Made by a program: the position numbers and the translations under genes. Under the pieces are notes generated by a model. The model was not told where the DNA came from, did not search any database, and saw only the letters and a program-made list of their open reading frames with translations. DNA of 63,851 nucleotides, the filler included, from Octopus bimaculoides (taxonomy: Eukaryota): the NCBI RefSeq assembly GCF_001194135.2. It is 4 parts of 3 records of this genome, joined end to end, with 100 filler letters (N's around TTAATTAATTAA, not from the genome) between each part and the next. Parts side by side here need not be neighbours in the genome. Positions count along the whole stretch, not along the records: positions 1 to 24,210 come from NC_068987.1; 3 more parts are not named here. One strand, given 5' to 3'. Below are positions 1 through 13,272 of this stretch, piece by piece; within the stretch, counting starts at the first letter, position 1; each line of letters opens with the position of its first letter.

Positions 1-1620
1 CTATTGAATGTTTAGACTGGTCAAAATACACCAATGCTCCACCTTTGCCAGTAACTTTACCTAACGGCTTTAAGGTGTAGCGTATGAGATGGGGATTGTC
101 GTGTCACGACCTGCCGGGAATGGCACAAGTTTGCGTTTCCCCGACAAGGTCGCCCACGACCCGCGACAACCTCTTTGCTAACAGCTTGGCCAAAACCTTT
201 CACTCTGTATTAACAGGGTTATGGTCCAAAAGTTGCTAATATAATCCCCTTGCTCGGGTTCTTTCTGATGAAAGTCAGCACGACCACAGCTCAAAGATTT
301 GGGAATACTCCAATTCTGCTGCCAGTTGGCCGGTAGGTGCCTGAACAAGTCTGGCATACTTTTATAAAACCCATAGGGTTGACCCTCGAGTCCCGGCGTC
401 TTGTCCCCGAGACACTGGGAAAGTGCCTCTATGACCTCCTTGGCTGTGATCGACTCTTCACAACACTCAGCCTCTTGCGCCGAGAGACGCGGGCCGCCTT
501 CCAGGAAGTCCCGATTGGACAAACCATGGTCTAGCGTCCCGCTCCTCCTGAACAATTGGGAAAAACGCTCGTAAAAAGGCCCCACTCATCTTGTCCTGTC
601 CTTCGATCAAAAACCCTTGTTCATTGAACAAAGATCTAATTGTGACATTATTGCCACGCTCGATCTCGAACGTACGGGCCCATCCGACAAAGTTAGTTCC
701 CTCACATCCCCATGCACATACTTTAGCCCAGACTCTACATCCTTCGTGTTTAGCTTTGAGTTGTCGGTCCAAGGCCGATATCGCACTCAAAATATGGAAT
801 GCAGAGCCAACCCTCAGCGCCTCTTCTGAGTCCTGAAGTAGATCGCTCTCTATTCTCGCTTTATCTACTCTTAACTGTTGACTAATTCTAATTGACTCAA
901 AGGGAATGGCTCGATTGAGGGCCAACTACCACTTGTTATTGAACACGGTGCCTCTTAATGCGCTTGGAACAAACTCCTTAATTGCTTTACGGTACGCCTC
1001 ACAAGCCAAGACATCCTTGTTCAGCTTCCAATAGCTGGGTCCATGTCTATGTACTCTATCTATGATCACTCTACACGTCATTAATTTGTGATCCGTGTAT
1101 AGGACCATAAAGAACTGCGGGCAACTAAAACTAGACATATCTCTAGTCCTTACCACTAGTCTATCTCGATAAGACATCAGTGACCCGTTGCCATTAGTTC
1201 AGGTACACACTGGGATGCTCGGATGGTCAAGTCTGTAACGATCAGCCAGCTGAAATCGCTTAAGCAGATTGGCGAGGCATAGGGTTCCTCTCCTAGCTAC
1301 CGAGTCAACGCTATCTTGACGTGAGTCCAGGATGGCGTTAAAGTCACCTAATATGACCAATGTATTTGACGTCACGAGAAAGTTCACGAGACGTCGATAG
1401 AGATCAGTTTGTTTGCTATCGCCACAAGGCACATAAATGCCGATCAACCTGAATTCCTTATCACAGTATATCAAGTCGAAAACGAGCAGCTCACCTTGTG
1501 GATCCACAAAGATTGTCCTTGTCTTTAGGGCCAAACCGTTTCGGAGCAACGCTACTGTTCCTCCTCAGCCCCCGGTTTGGCTAGGAGTTTTTATTTTCTC
1601 GTAGCCATTCAGGAGTGCCG
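1..1620 (-). mobile_element. Decayed Tx1/L1-clade LINE (APE endonuclease plus start of RT)
   Basis: Minus-strand frames give APE motifs (LIGIYVP, VILGDFNAILD, SYWKLN), the linker DKTPGLEGQPYGFY (KSPGxDG-like) and RT motifs QTCAIPGRS..DN..LIRY..GALVYFDQSK running to position 1. Multiple stops and frameshifts. Confidence 0.9.
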
Positions 1621-1794
1621 AGAAGGTTCGTAGGTTATCCAGCTGACAAAACTATGAACAGACGAATAAATTCGACCGCTAATATTTGTATGTAGCGGTC
1701 CCGTCTATTCCTGTAAGTGGGTGTCGTACTCTCGCCACAGCATCTCCCCTTTTGAGATTTCGACTCCGAAAGAATAAAGAAATTTTATTTATTT

Positions 1795-1802
1795 ATTTAT
1801 TA

Positions 1803-1885
<83 letters not shown>

Positions 1886-1983
1886 TTTAATAAAATTATT
1901 ATTATTGTTATTATTATTATTGTTATTATTATTATTATTATTATTATTAACATTATTATTGTTGTTATTACTATTATTATTAC
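1795..1983. repeat. (TTA)n microsatellite with TTG/CTA variants
   Basis: Directly visible; explains the poly-Leu ORF 1686-2033. Confidence 0.98.
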
Positions 1984-2059
1984 TTATCTTTCTCGGTTGG
2001 GCCTTATCTCAAGGTGTCCGGTCTGGAATTTGAAAGTAATAATTTGAATGTTTACACAA

Positions 2060-2690
2060 TATCAGCCTTTACCTGGGACATGATTGGTATGTTACTTGCG
2101 TAGTAATAGCCCCACTTTCTCTGCATCCGAGCTTGGCAGCAATTTTGTTTAAAATTTTCTGATACCTTCTATAATAAGCAGGAAGCGTAATACCCTCCTC
2201 CGAATTCAGAAATCGAGTTTGCTAAACCATCTGGCATACACGAACTTACCGAATTTTTGGACTTCCTTGACTGTAACTCAATTGACTGTTGTTGTTCTAA
2301 CATTTGCTTCTGCAGCTCCTGTAGTTGTATATGTTGCTTCTCTTACTTAACAATTTGTATGACGCACAAATAGTCAAATAACCTACTTGAGCTTCCAAAA
2401 AATCGTCGTCGCCAGATGTTATCACCTTACGCCTCATATATCGTAGTACGGTTGATATTGTCGACGATAGATAAATAATACACTGTAATAGTGATATACC
2501 AAAACAAAATAGAGACAGCGGCAGTAACAAACACGTAACGAACCAACAATCAATATTTTCAACATTCGAACTGTAAACTATACCTGAACTTCGAACACAC
2601 CAAACTACGAACTGCCGACTAAGTATATATGTATGCACGTATGTATTTATGTATGTGTGTATATGTGTGAGTGTGCCTAAAATGTCATCA
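2060..2690 (-). mobile_element. Ty3/Gypsy 5' remnant: LTR (~2418-2690), PBS (2403-2415), gag N-terminus (~2060-2350)
   Basis: The minus strand reads ...GATAACA-TC-TGGCGACGACGAT (LTR end plus PBS). It continues into QLQELQKQMLEQQQ...LANSISEF/EEGITLPAYYRRY...GLLLRK, typical of the gag N-terminus of K02A2.6/Mag-like Gypsy. The LTR 5' boundary is inferred from TGATGAC at 2690. Confidence 0.75.
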
Positions 2691-2699
2691 GAGTATATT

Positions 2700-3000
2700 T
2701 GATCGATTTAGAGCAAATGATATATTTATCGCTTGATATAAACAGTCTCAAAGGATTTCCAATCATCTTTTATCGGACAAAAACAAATATATCACACTTA
2801 AGAATTAAATTCCCATCCTGTACGAATATCAAAGAAAACAACCCTCAGTATACAATAGGTATCACTCCTATGTATGGATAAGCAAGATTCAACACAACTT
2901 CTGAATCAACCAACCACCGTACAATAGTTAAGTGAACTGTAGCAATAGGTATGGTGGTGTAAAATCTGTTTCCTGCATCGGTAGAAGCCCACAAACCAAA
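2700..3000 (-). mobile_element. piggyBac-like transposase fossil
   Basis: One frame reads GLWASTDAGN..DSEVVLNLAYPYIG..IVY*..VFVR*KMIGNP, resembling piggyBac GIKLW..DA..GY / VVL.L..PY..G..VY.DN / GTVR.NR.G.P. Highly decayed. Confidence 0.45.
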
Positions 3001-3504
3001 ATCAATTCAAATCAATTCAATATGTGTCACCTGTTTAATTATGAATGTGATGTCTATATTTTCCATTCAAACACCTATTATTGCAAATATATCATTTGAT
3101 TATANNNNNNNNNNGCATGTGTGTACGTATGTATGTACTAATTATAGTGCGTAGCAGACATTTTATGCCATTCTTTTACATCTGAAATCTTCTGAAAATT
3201 TAACCATCGGCGAATGAAGCAACTGACAAAATGGAAAACATAAGTAAATAATGAAAACAATGAAGACCAATGAAAACGATAATTTCATATTTATAAAAAA
3301 TAAAAAGAACGTACAAAGTAAAACAGAGCAGCGATGTCTTTTGATTATCAAATATTGAGAATAGTATTCAGAAGACATAGGAATAGTATTTTTTTCTATA
3401 TGCCGCCATAATGTGAATCTTACTTTTTAGCTACTTTTTGTCTTGTTCTTTAGTTCTTTCACGTCATCACTTCCTCTTTCTGTACATACATACATAATAC
3501 ATAT

Positions 3505-3573
3505 AATATACAGGGATTAGCAATTGAGTTGCTTCTCCAACAGAAGCAACTCAATTGCTAATCCCTGTATATT
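3505..3573. repeat. Perfect palindrome (32-bp arms, 5-nt loop CCAAC); TA-flanked mini-MITE-like
   Basis: AATATACAGGGATTAGCAATTGAGTTGCTTCT-CCAAC-AGAAGCAACTCAATTGCTAATCCCTGTATATT; arms checked base by base. Confidence 0.95.
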
Positions 3574-3901
3574 TATGATGATAAATAGTTTTACCGATAA
3601 AGGTTTTTTTTCATACTGAACTACTTGGCAAAATTGTTAATTATTAATTCTATTATTAATTGACGATTCTCTGCCCTTATTCTTGTACATAATACATATA
3701 TATACATACAAACATACATACATGTCTCTGTATATATAAATATATATATCCTTGTAATTTATACATATATATATATATATATATATCCTTGTAATTTATA
3801 CATATATATATATATATATATATCCTTGTAANNNNNNNNNNNNNNNNNNNNNNNNNNNNNNNNNNNNNNNNNNNNNNNNNNNNNNNNNNNNNNNNNNNNN
3901 N

Positions 3902-3955
<54 letters not shown>

Positions 3956-5083
3956 GGAAATAGAGAAAGAGATAGAGGAGTGACAGTCAGATAGATAGAT
4001 AAATTGATAGATTGGTAGATAGATATGCGTATATCAATAAACGCATGCTTACATAAGACACTTTAATACATAAATACATGTATACATGTTTATCTCAGAC
4101 CCCAACACTTTCAAAAAGGTCTGTTTACTCAACGAGCTGTTTCAATTATCTAACACTAAATTCGTTTTCCCACTTTCACTTCTCAATTGAAAATTATATA
4201 TAATTAAAGAAACAATTAAATAAATGAATGTATTAAAATAAATTATTACATTTTAATGAGAAAGTTCACTAATCGTTCCATTAAATTTCGATCGTACTAA
4301 AACGAAAAAAAATGCTGCAGTAGAAATATTTCTATTTCCATCAAACTGTATGGAAAATATTGATCTTTACGTACGCAACTCACGAATAGATTATTAAATT
4401 CTCAGACACACTTTGCAATGTTACAGAAAAAGATATTCACATCATAATAATTTCCTGCTATGTCCTCATGCATCCACAACGCATTTGCTTAGGTAGGAGG
4501 AAAATATTGTTTCCCTATTGTAGTATGTGACTCTCCACTCAATACTTTTAAATGAGACACATATTAAATGCAACATACTTTTTATCACAGCCAGTTGCAG
4601 TAATTTTTGTCTTTTGTCGTGAAAAGAGTCCTTACCGTCCATTTTGAAAAAAAACATTTCACAACTTTGTTCATCTTTTCTTATGTTCCATTTTTGAATC
4701 TCATCGTCTTTTTCCTGGCTTCAACCTTTCATTGAAAGATGTTAAATAACATGGACTAGAGTGCAGTTTCTTCCGATAGCATGGTAAATTACGGCTAGGT
4801 TATTTTGATAATTACTTAAAACCTCTGTATACTCTTTCACTATCTATCTTTGTTTCTCGTTGCCTCACACCCATACACACAAACAGACAGACGCACCTAA
4901 ACACGCACACATACACACACACCCACGCACATATATATATATATATATGTCTGTGAGTGTATTGGTGTGAGGGAGGCAGAAAAAGGAAGATAATACACAC
5001 ACATACACAAAGATACACACACATAGACAGACAAACACACACACACAGGTACACACACAGACACACACACCCATATATATGTA

Positions 5084-6348
5084 TTGCTCATCCCATAAAT
5101 ACTGTAGGGTCATTTTATAGTTTTTTTTATTATTCACATTTTAGATAAACAAAGTTCATTTTTTAATCTAAAATATATTCTCCTTCATTTTCTACAATGC
5201 TCTTCCATCTATCTGTTAGACTTGCAAGGTTCTTCTTCCAAAATTCACTTGTCCGGGATTAAAAGTACTCCTATAATACTGTTCTGACCTCGTCAACAGA
5301 GTGCTTATTTTTTTTCTGCCGAAATGAATTTGAAGACTGCAAAATAAATAATAATCGAGGGGGAATGTCCGGCGAATACTGTGAGTGGGGCATTATTACC
5401 CATTCGAACAGTTCCTGCCTTTGAAATGTCATCCTCGTTGTATGTGGCCGAGCATTATTTTGATGGAAGAACACCTTTCGTCCTGAAACAAAGGATGGTC
5501 GTTTTTCTTCTAGCGATGACTTAAGCTGCTGACGCTGCTCGCAGTAGATTTCCTTTGTTATGGTTTGGTTTGGATTTAAATGCTCAAACTAAACCTTTTA
5601 TATCCCACCAAGCAGGTAAGTACATCTTACGTGGGTAAATACCTTCTTTAGTCTGGGGTGCCTGTGATTCTTCTTTCTCTACGAAATGTCTTCGGCTCTT
5701 GACATTTATATAGAGATCCCATTTCCGGTCACCAGTCACTTTTCGGTCCAAAATGGGTTTATTTGCGAGACTTAACAAAACAGAAGAGCACACATTCACA
5801 CTTTGGAAAGTTTGTGAGGAACACATTGACGCACTTTGCTGACTTCTTCGATGACGTGCACGTGTCGAGTGGTTGAATGACCAAATCCAAGCTTCTCTGC
5901 TAGTTCTTCAACAGTTACGATAGGATTTTATTCGATGGGTTTGGAGAACGTCTGTGTCAAGCTTTTCAGCTCTTCTCGGACGAGGCTCGTCATCTAGGCT
6001 GGAGTTTCCTGCTCAGAAGTTCTGGAACCACAGTTGAACCTGGCTTACGGTTATATATCCGATCGGCATATACTACATTAATATTCCTCGTACCTTCCGT
6101 TGCGTTGTTGCTTTTCATAATTCATAAAGCAAAATATGTCGAATATGCTCCCTTGTCACTTCCATTATAGCTTTGAAAAAATAACTGTTAAAATCAAACA
6201 GCACTTTTCAAAACCTGCACCAAGAATAAGTACAAGGTAAAATTACTACTTGCTAATATAGCAAGTTCATGCTAGTAGTTCATCCTGTCCCCCTCCGACT
6301 TTTAGTTCATGCAATTGAAAGGAGTTCCTTATTTATGTGATGATCCAA
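5084..6348 (-). mobile_element. Full-length decayed mariner DNA transposon
   Basis: Imperfect TIRs TTGCTCATCCCATAAATA (5084) and TATTTATGTGATGATCCAA (ends 6348), each flanked by TA. Minus-strand motifs AWWDIKGLV, FHQNNARPH and HSQYSPDI (YSPDL-like). Length 1265 bp. Confidence 0.88.
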
Positions 6349-6351
6349 TAT

Positions 6352-6354
<3 letters not shown>

Positions 6355-6382
<28 letters not shown>

Positions 6383-6383
6383 T

Positions 6384-6436
<53 letters not shown>

Positions 6437-6671
6437 GGATGATGACGATGATGATGATAAGGGTTGTTTAAGGATGTTGAACGAAACACCCATGTTTTCA
6501 GAGATGAATTATTCAAACCCCAAAACTTCCTCTCAACACATGCCTATGATCCTAAATCGCTGTTTGCATGTAAACCGGCGTTGGTGTGTTTATGTCCCAT
6601 CATATACATTTCCAATCAGTTAAGATCAGAAGGCATGAGCGCCACTATTATTATTATTATTATTATTATTA

Positions 6672-6741
<70 letters not shown>

Positions 6742-6762
6742 CATCATCATTATTATTATTAA

Positions 6763-6841
<79 letters not shown>
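6355..6841. repeat. (AAT)n/(GAT)n and (ATT)n microsatellites enclosing a ~190-bp dispersed repeat fragment (6455-6648)
   Basis: The internal part (TTTAAGGATGTTGAACGAAAC...GAATTATTCA) matches 25582-25640 within this window. Confidence 0.85.
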
Positions 6842-7675
6842 NNNNNNNNNNNNNNNNNNNNNNNNNNNNNNNNNNNNNNNNNNNNNNNNNNNNNNNNNNN
6901 NNNNNNNNNNNNNNNNNNNNNNNNNNNNNNNNNNNNNNNNNNNNNNNNNNNNNNNNNNNNNNNNNNNNNNNNNNNNNNNNNNNNNNNNNNNNNNNNNNNN
7001 NNNNNNNNNNNNNNNNNNNNNNNNNNNNNNNNNNNNNNNNNNNNNNNNNNNNNNNNNNNNNNNNNNNNNNNNNNNNNNNNNNNNNNNNNNNNNNNNNNNN
7101 NNNNNNNNNNNNNNNNNNNNNNNNNNNNNNNNNNNNNNNNNNNNNNNNNNNNNNNNNNNNNNNNNNNNNNNNNNNNNNNNNNNNNNNNNNNNNNNNNNNN
7201 NNNNNNNNNNNNNNNNNNNNNNNNNNNNATATATATATACATACATGATAATTACATATTGATATATTACATTCTAAGTAGAGTAAGTGATTTATGCACG
7301 ACTTACTCTCTGTGATTATAGCCACTTATATATTTCCACTTATACATTACAATGATAAAACAGGAGTCTCAGACATACATTTTTTGTCGCATTGAAATAG
7401 CTGCTAAACTTTGTCTTACTTCTATTAACTGAATGAAAGAGAATTATGTATATTTGTGTTATAAATAAATTGTATACAGCTACGAGTGTTGTCCTTCAAA
7501 AACCAAGTCTTTTCAATAGTAATTTTTTCATTTCTACTAGAAAACAAAGCCCTTGTATTTGATGGATTATAATACAGGATAGTTACATATATAGTTACAT
7601 CTAAGTATATATACGTATGTATGTCTGTATGAAGGGTTCAGAATGAAATGTATGCATACGTACATATATGTACAT

Positions 7676-8005
7676 TGGCGTAAGCATGGTTCTGTGTTGA
7701 TTCACAATCACTTTGTTTCGTGTTTAGTCCCGCTGCATGACGCCTTAGACAACTATAGCCTCGGGTCGACCAAATGAATGCGGTAGATGGAAACTGAAGG
7801 AAGCCCACTATATATAAATATATGTATTTATGTATTTAGTGTGTGTGTTTGTATGTCTTTATTCCGCTGTTTGCATGTAAAGCGCCGTTGGTGTGTTTAT
7901 GTCCCAATTAACTAGCGGTTCGTCATAGAAACAGATAGAACATATACCAGGCTTGAAGAAAGACAACAATTACCGGGGTCGATTAATTCGCATGAGGGCT
8001 TGAAA
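7676..8005 (+). mobile_element. Degraded SINE (family B)
   Basis: Shares ACTATAGCCTCGGGTCGACCAA, GGAAACTGAAGGAAGCC and GGTGTGTTTATGTCCC with the intact copy at 55553-55979. Confidence 0.75.
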
Positions 8006-8030
8006 AGGAAATATATATATTTATGAATAT

Positions 8031-8290
8031 GAAGGCTCATGGCATAGTGGCTAGTGAATACACACCACTTCACGAACGTGAGTTCGATTTCTGGCGGCAC
8101 CTTGAGGCAAGACATTTTATTTCATGTTTTCCACTCAACTACCAAAAGTCATTCGTATCTGTAATTCAAATGGTCTTGTCACATTCTGTACCACACTGAA
8201 TCCCCCTGAAAACATAATTAATCATACCTGTGTTTGTGGTGTGCTCGTCAATTTCACGAGCAGGCTGTTCGCTTGATTGAACATATCGAA
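8031..8290 (+). mobile_element. Degraded tRNA-derived SINE (family C)
   Basis: A/B-box-like head (TGGCATAGTGG; GAGTTCGATTTC) and tail AATTTCACGAGCAGGCTGTTC shared with 40395-40799. Confidence 0.65.
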
Positions 8291-8394
8291 CATAAAAAAA
8301 ATATATATATATTTATCATCCGCAGAAGTCAGTGATATACTGTGGAGTCCATGATATAAATTTACATATATTAGCCAGAAAAATCCATAATGTA

Positions 8395-8438
8395 TTCAGG
8401 TCGCGATAGGTGAACCGCGATATGGCGCGTGATTACTG
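8395..8438. mobile_element. Terminal fragment of a pogo/Tigger-like MITE
   Basis: GATAGGTGAACCGCGATATGGCGCGTGATTACTG followed by TA; a related sequence lies at 22950-22983. Confidence 0.45.
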
Positions 8439-9175
8439 TATATATATATANNNNNNNNNNNNNNNNNNNNNNNNNNNNNNNNNNNNNNNNNNNNNNNNNN
8501 NNNNNNNNNNNNNNNNNNNNNNNNNNNNNNNNNNNNNNNNNNNNNNNNNNNNNNNNNNNNNNNNNNNNNNNNNNNNNNNNNNNNNNNNNNNNNNNNNNNN
8601 NNNNNNNNNNNNNNNNNNNNNNNNNNNNNNNNNNNNNNNNNNNNNNNNNNNNNNNNNNNNNNNNNNNNNNNNNNNNNNNNNNNNNNNNNNNNNNNNNNNN
8701 NNNNNNNNNNNNNNNNNNNNNNNNNNNNNNNNNNNNNNNNNNNNNNNNNNNNNNNNNNNNNNNNNNNNNNNNNNNNNNNNNNNNNNNNNNNNNNNNNNNN
8801 NNNNNNNNNNNNNNNNNNNNNNNNNNNNNNNNNNNNNNNNNNNNNNNNNNNNNNNNNNNNNNNNNNNNNNNNNNNNNNNNNNNNNNNNNNNNNNNNNNNN
8901 NNNNNNNNNNNNNNNNNNNNNNNNNNNNNNNNNNNNNNNNNNNNNNNNNNNNNNNNNNNNNNNNNNNNNNNNNNNNNNNNNNNNNNNNNNNNNNNNNNNN
9001 NNNNNNNNNNNNNNNNNNNNNNNNNNNNNNNNNNNNNNNNNNNNNNNNNNNNNNNNNNNNNNNNNNNNNNNNNNNNNTATATATATATATATATATATAT
9101 ATATTTACGGCAGTAAGAAAATGGAGGTGGAAGAGGTGGTATTCAACAACTTTTAGGCATTATATTATGCCTAGT

Positions 9176-9386
9176 TATTTATTAAAAAAACAACTATAAC
9201 AATATACATACATGTATAACTGGCTATGTTTTACATATATAAAAATACCAGTAATTATTAAAACATATAACGTAGAATATAGAAAGTAGAATGTAGAATG
9301 TAGTACTGGTATTTTATATATGTAAAGCATAATCTGTTATACATGTACGTATATTGTTATAATTGTCTGTTTATTTTAATAAATAA
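9176..9386. repeat. Fold-back inverted repeat (~80-bp arms, ~50-nt spacer with GTAGAA repeats)
   Basis: 9176-9253 is the reverse complement of 9304-9386 at roughly 85% identity (by eye). Confidence 0.85.
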
Positions 9387-9717
9387 ATATACATAATATA
9401 CTGCTTATAAGTTGATGGCTACCACCTCTTGATTCCCTCCATTTTCATATTGCCGTATCGATTAAGGATAAAACAACTTTTTACCCTCACCCATTTATTA
9501 CATTCAATAGTGTAATTGCCACGCAATAAAAAAAAAAAACACTTGTGTATTAATAATTGGGTATTCTACCAGCAGTATATTGGGTAGATATCATCCCTTA
9601 GTTGGTTGGATTCACAACCTCTAAATCTTTTGGAATTATATATATATATAAAATGTTTTTCAGAATGAGATAAAATTACCAAGGCTGTGAAGATTTTAAA
9701 ACATTTATAAATAGAAG

Positions 9718-9765
9718 GTCTTACAGTTGTTTCCAGGATGTTTATTATATCCGTTCATCGGAGAC
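9718..9765 (-). ncRNA. Minimal type I hammerhead-ribozyme-like motif (copy 1)
   Basis: Minus strand: GTCT-CCGATGA-ACGGAT-ataataaac-ATCCTG-GAAAC-aact-GTA-AGAC. Helix I GTCT/AGAC, helix II GGAT/ATCC, helix III AC/GT, predicted cleavage triplet GUA. The core has C at U4. Confidence 0.6.
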
Positions 9766-10649
9766 GGTGTGAAAACATGGGTAAGCAATAGTTAATTTAG
9801 ATAAGATACGAAATAGAGAGTGAAGTGGAGGAATGAAAATAGTTGTGAGATATGCAGGGATATTGCATTTGGAGATCTATTATTTAGGCAGAATGGTATA
9901 CATATAAGATCCCAATACCTTGTGAATAAAATACAGTGGTATTTAAAATGGTAATTCCAAGTATAGAGTTTGTGCACAGTGCTATTGACTCAAGGGTTTT
10001 ATTTTAAGTAACGTAAAAGTAGAGAAGGTATTTGTAAGGTCTAATCAAAAACAGGAAGAGAGGAATACAGGAAAGAGAAAAAAAGAAAAAAAGATACAAA
10101 TAGGAAAAGAGAAATAAAGAAAGAAAAAGAACAAGGAGAGAGACAATAAGGAGTGTACCAGTTAGTGGTCAGTCAAGATAATTTGAAAGTAGGAATGGGG
10201 AGATGAAGGTGATAAAGAGAGAAAGGTATTAGAGTGTAAAAATATAGAAGAAATGGGGGATGATAGAGAGAGAGAGAGGGGTATAAAAAATAAAGAAGTA
10301 TCAGTTATGAAGTCATAGAGTCTAAGTGATGGGGCAGCGAGAGGGGTAGTAGTATGGAATGAAGAATTTAGGAATATAGATTAGGTTGTTGGACAGATCA
10401 GTGTTTAGTAGTACAAGAAAATATATATGTGAAGATGTATACATATGTATTACCATGAAGTAGAGAAATTTGAAAAGACAACATGCAATCGGTTATTTCT
10501 CCAAATACAATGTTTATATACCAAAAAAATTTAATAACATGTTTCTGACATAATTTAAATATATACTTTAACCATGTAACACAAGCCTTCTGTAGTTTTT
10601 CACTCTTGTTTATCTTTTATACATCCAACCACGTGCTTTCACCTACCGA

Positions 10650-10760
<111 letters not shown>

Positions 10761-11798
10761 TTATACAAATATTTATACATACAATATCTATGTATATAAC
10801 TCTTACTCATATGTATATGTACACATGCACACCCACATATTCATGTATCTGTATGTATTATCGCCCGTGTACGCACATGTATGTATACCTTACATACATA
10901 CATTAACACATTCACACATACAAACAGACACGCATACACACACAGATATACACGCACATATGCATGCATGCATATACACACGAATATAATTAGATTGTTA
11001 TGATATTTGGGTATGAGTGAGGAATTAGTTAAGGATTAGGAGTTAAAATGTAGATTTATAAGGTTATTGGGATTACCACAGGGATATTGTGGAAATATAC
11101 TGTATGGTTATTTAGGCATTTGGATTGAATGTGTGAAAAAAGCGATGGGTGCATGTGTTTAGAACCTCATTATGTTTATTTAACGGTGCTGGAGAGTTGT
11201 GCTTCAATATGTGAAGTGTCTCCTTTAGGTAAGGTTTGCAGATTGAGCATTGACTTCGGTAGGGATGCCTGGAGTCCAGTATGGATCATGATAAAGTATA
11301 GGGTATATTTGTATCTGTACATGATGTATAGGGTCGGCGAATGTTATAGATTTACTATGTTTATCGTATCTAAAAGAATGGAGGTGAGCGGCATATCGTT
11401 GCTTAAAATTTTGGGTTGATCCTATGTATAGGGCTGTAGAGTTGTTGTAATAGATTAAGGACAGTGCATATGTAAACTACATTATATATTCTGCAATGGA
11501 TTTGTAACGGGCAGATGGTTCCAGGACGGCAATTACAATTAGGTGAATTTTGGGGACTATGTTCAGCAATAGAGGAGGTAATATCGTGTACAAATTCTAT
11601 ACTGAGAATGACCAATTTTAAACACTACTGGATTTTACTCACAAAATATTGGAATCTTATACGTATAACATTCTGCCTAAATAATGAATCTACAAATGCA
11701 ATATCCCTGCATATCTCACATCTATTTTCATTCCTCCACTTCACTCTCTATTTCGTATCTTATCTAAATTAACCATTGCCTACCCATTATCTCACACC

Positions 11799-11846
11799 GT
11801 CTCCGATGAAGGGATACAATAAACATCCTGGAAACAGTTGTAAGAC
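11799..11846 (+). ncRNA. Minimal type I hammerhead-ribozyme-like motif (copy 2)
   Basis: GTCT-CCGATGA-AGGGAT-acaataaac-ATCCTG-GAAAC-agtt-GTA-AGAC; same helices as copy 1. Confidence 0.6.
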
Positions 11847-12071
11847 CTATTTATAAATGTTCTAAAATCTTCACAGCCTTAGTTATTTTTATCTCATTCT
11901 GAAAAAAAAATATTTATATATACACACGCTGATATATGACCTACGTTGGAATCCTTATTCGCATAATCACCCTGCCGGAAGCTTAACTACCCGAGTAACT
12001 ACCCATAGTACTTACTCAGCATTACCTGACATCTCTGAGTTTTACTGACACCATTACGTTTCATTAGATAT

Positions 12072-12172
<101 letters not shown>

Positions 12173-12689
12173 AACATACATGTATATTTATGAGAAATAC
12201 ACACACACGTATACAAATTAATTTCAAGTGGCGTCCTGATTTAAGAATGCAGATATTTATGTATTTCTGAATCGTATTCAGTGACTCTGTATAAGTTCAT
12301 TTAATGCAAGTCTATTTATATACGATGTTTCTAAAGAACCTAATCTGTCTTTCTGATGCATTCTAGCGAGGACAGTGCTGTGACATTGATCTAACTTTTG
12401 ATACTAGTTATTCATCACTATACAAATGCTTGAGGGAACATACGTTTAGCTAGCGTTGCGACCATTTGCAAGTTGAATAAAAATTTAGAAATTGCAACGT
12501 GTTTTTGTGAAAGCCTTTGGAAGTGGAAGTAACATTTAAGGAGACATAGACCCTTACAATAAATAGCGCCATATTTCTCTATTTCAGTTGTGATTATTTA
12601 TCTGGATGTATCCTGAACGATGTATACTGTACTCATTGACGTAATGGGAAATTTAATGTTTTCCCGCTTTTGCTAAGTAGAGATATAAA

Positions 12690-13230
12690 TTGTTCTGTCA
12701 GACAAACACTCTTGGGTTTGGTATAATTGCCTTATGCACAGTTTGTTTCTTGTTAATGTCAGAATATCCGATTGCTCGTTTAGTATTGATCAAGGGTTTC
12801 TTTTTAAGTAACTACTATATGGATTTACGTTGTGTTTCAAATTGTGGAAAAACTGCAGCTAGTTTGGTTGCTTCTATTGTTGTTGCGGCTACAATGTATT
12901 GTTCATGGTCTTTCTCATGTGCATTTAGTCTTGGGTTTTGATTTCGTATTGTCTATTGTAGTGCTCTGTCATGCGATGTAATTGTGTGTACTCCAAAGAA
13001 AATAGCATCTGCTAACTTTTATATCCTTGTATTTGATATATTATATAACGAAGCAGTGTGGAAGAAAATATATACAGGATGTTCTACTATTACTCTAACG
13101 CAAGACTCAACGCTCTATATCAAAGATTGACAGTGAACTGCTACCAACACGAACTGCCAAGCGATCACAGTTCTTTAATTTAAAACCATGAGTCAGTCCA
13201 ACATTAGTCACTGGGGTGGGGGAGTTACAT
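12690..13230 (-). mobile_element. Diverged dispersed repeat, probably the 5' region of a Penelope-like element
   Basis: 13090-13220 is homologous to 14250-14385 (CAAGACTCAACGCTCTATAT..CAGTGAACTGCTAC). Both continue on the minus strand into ACAAGGATATAAAAGT. Family identity is inferred. Confidence 0.45.
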
Positions 13231-13272
13231 TCCTTCCATAACATCTCCCCTATTTAGGGTCAGTTACCACTA

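Noticed and set aside
2700-3000. Cadherin/protocadherin repeat fragment
   Set aside because: It lacks DxNDN and LDxE motifs; piggyBac motifs match better.
3746-3832. Triple TATCCTTGTAATTTATACA unit
   Set aside because: It is embedded in (TA)n next to a gap and is likely slippage or assembly stutter.
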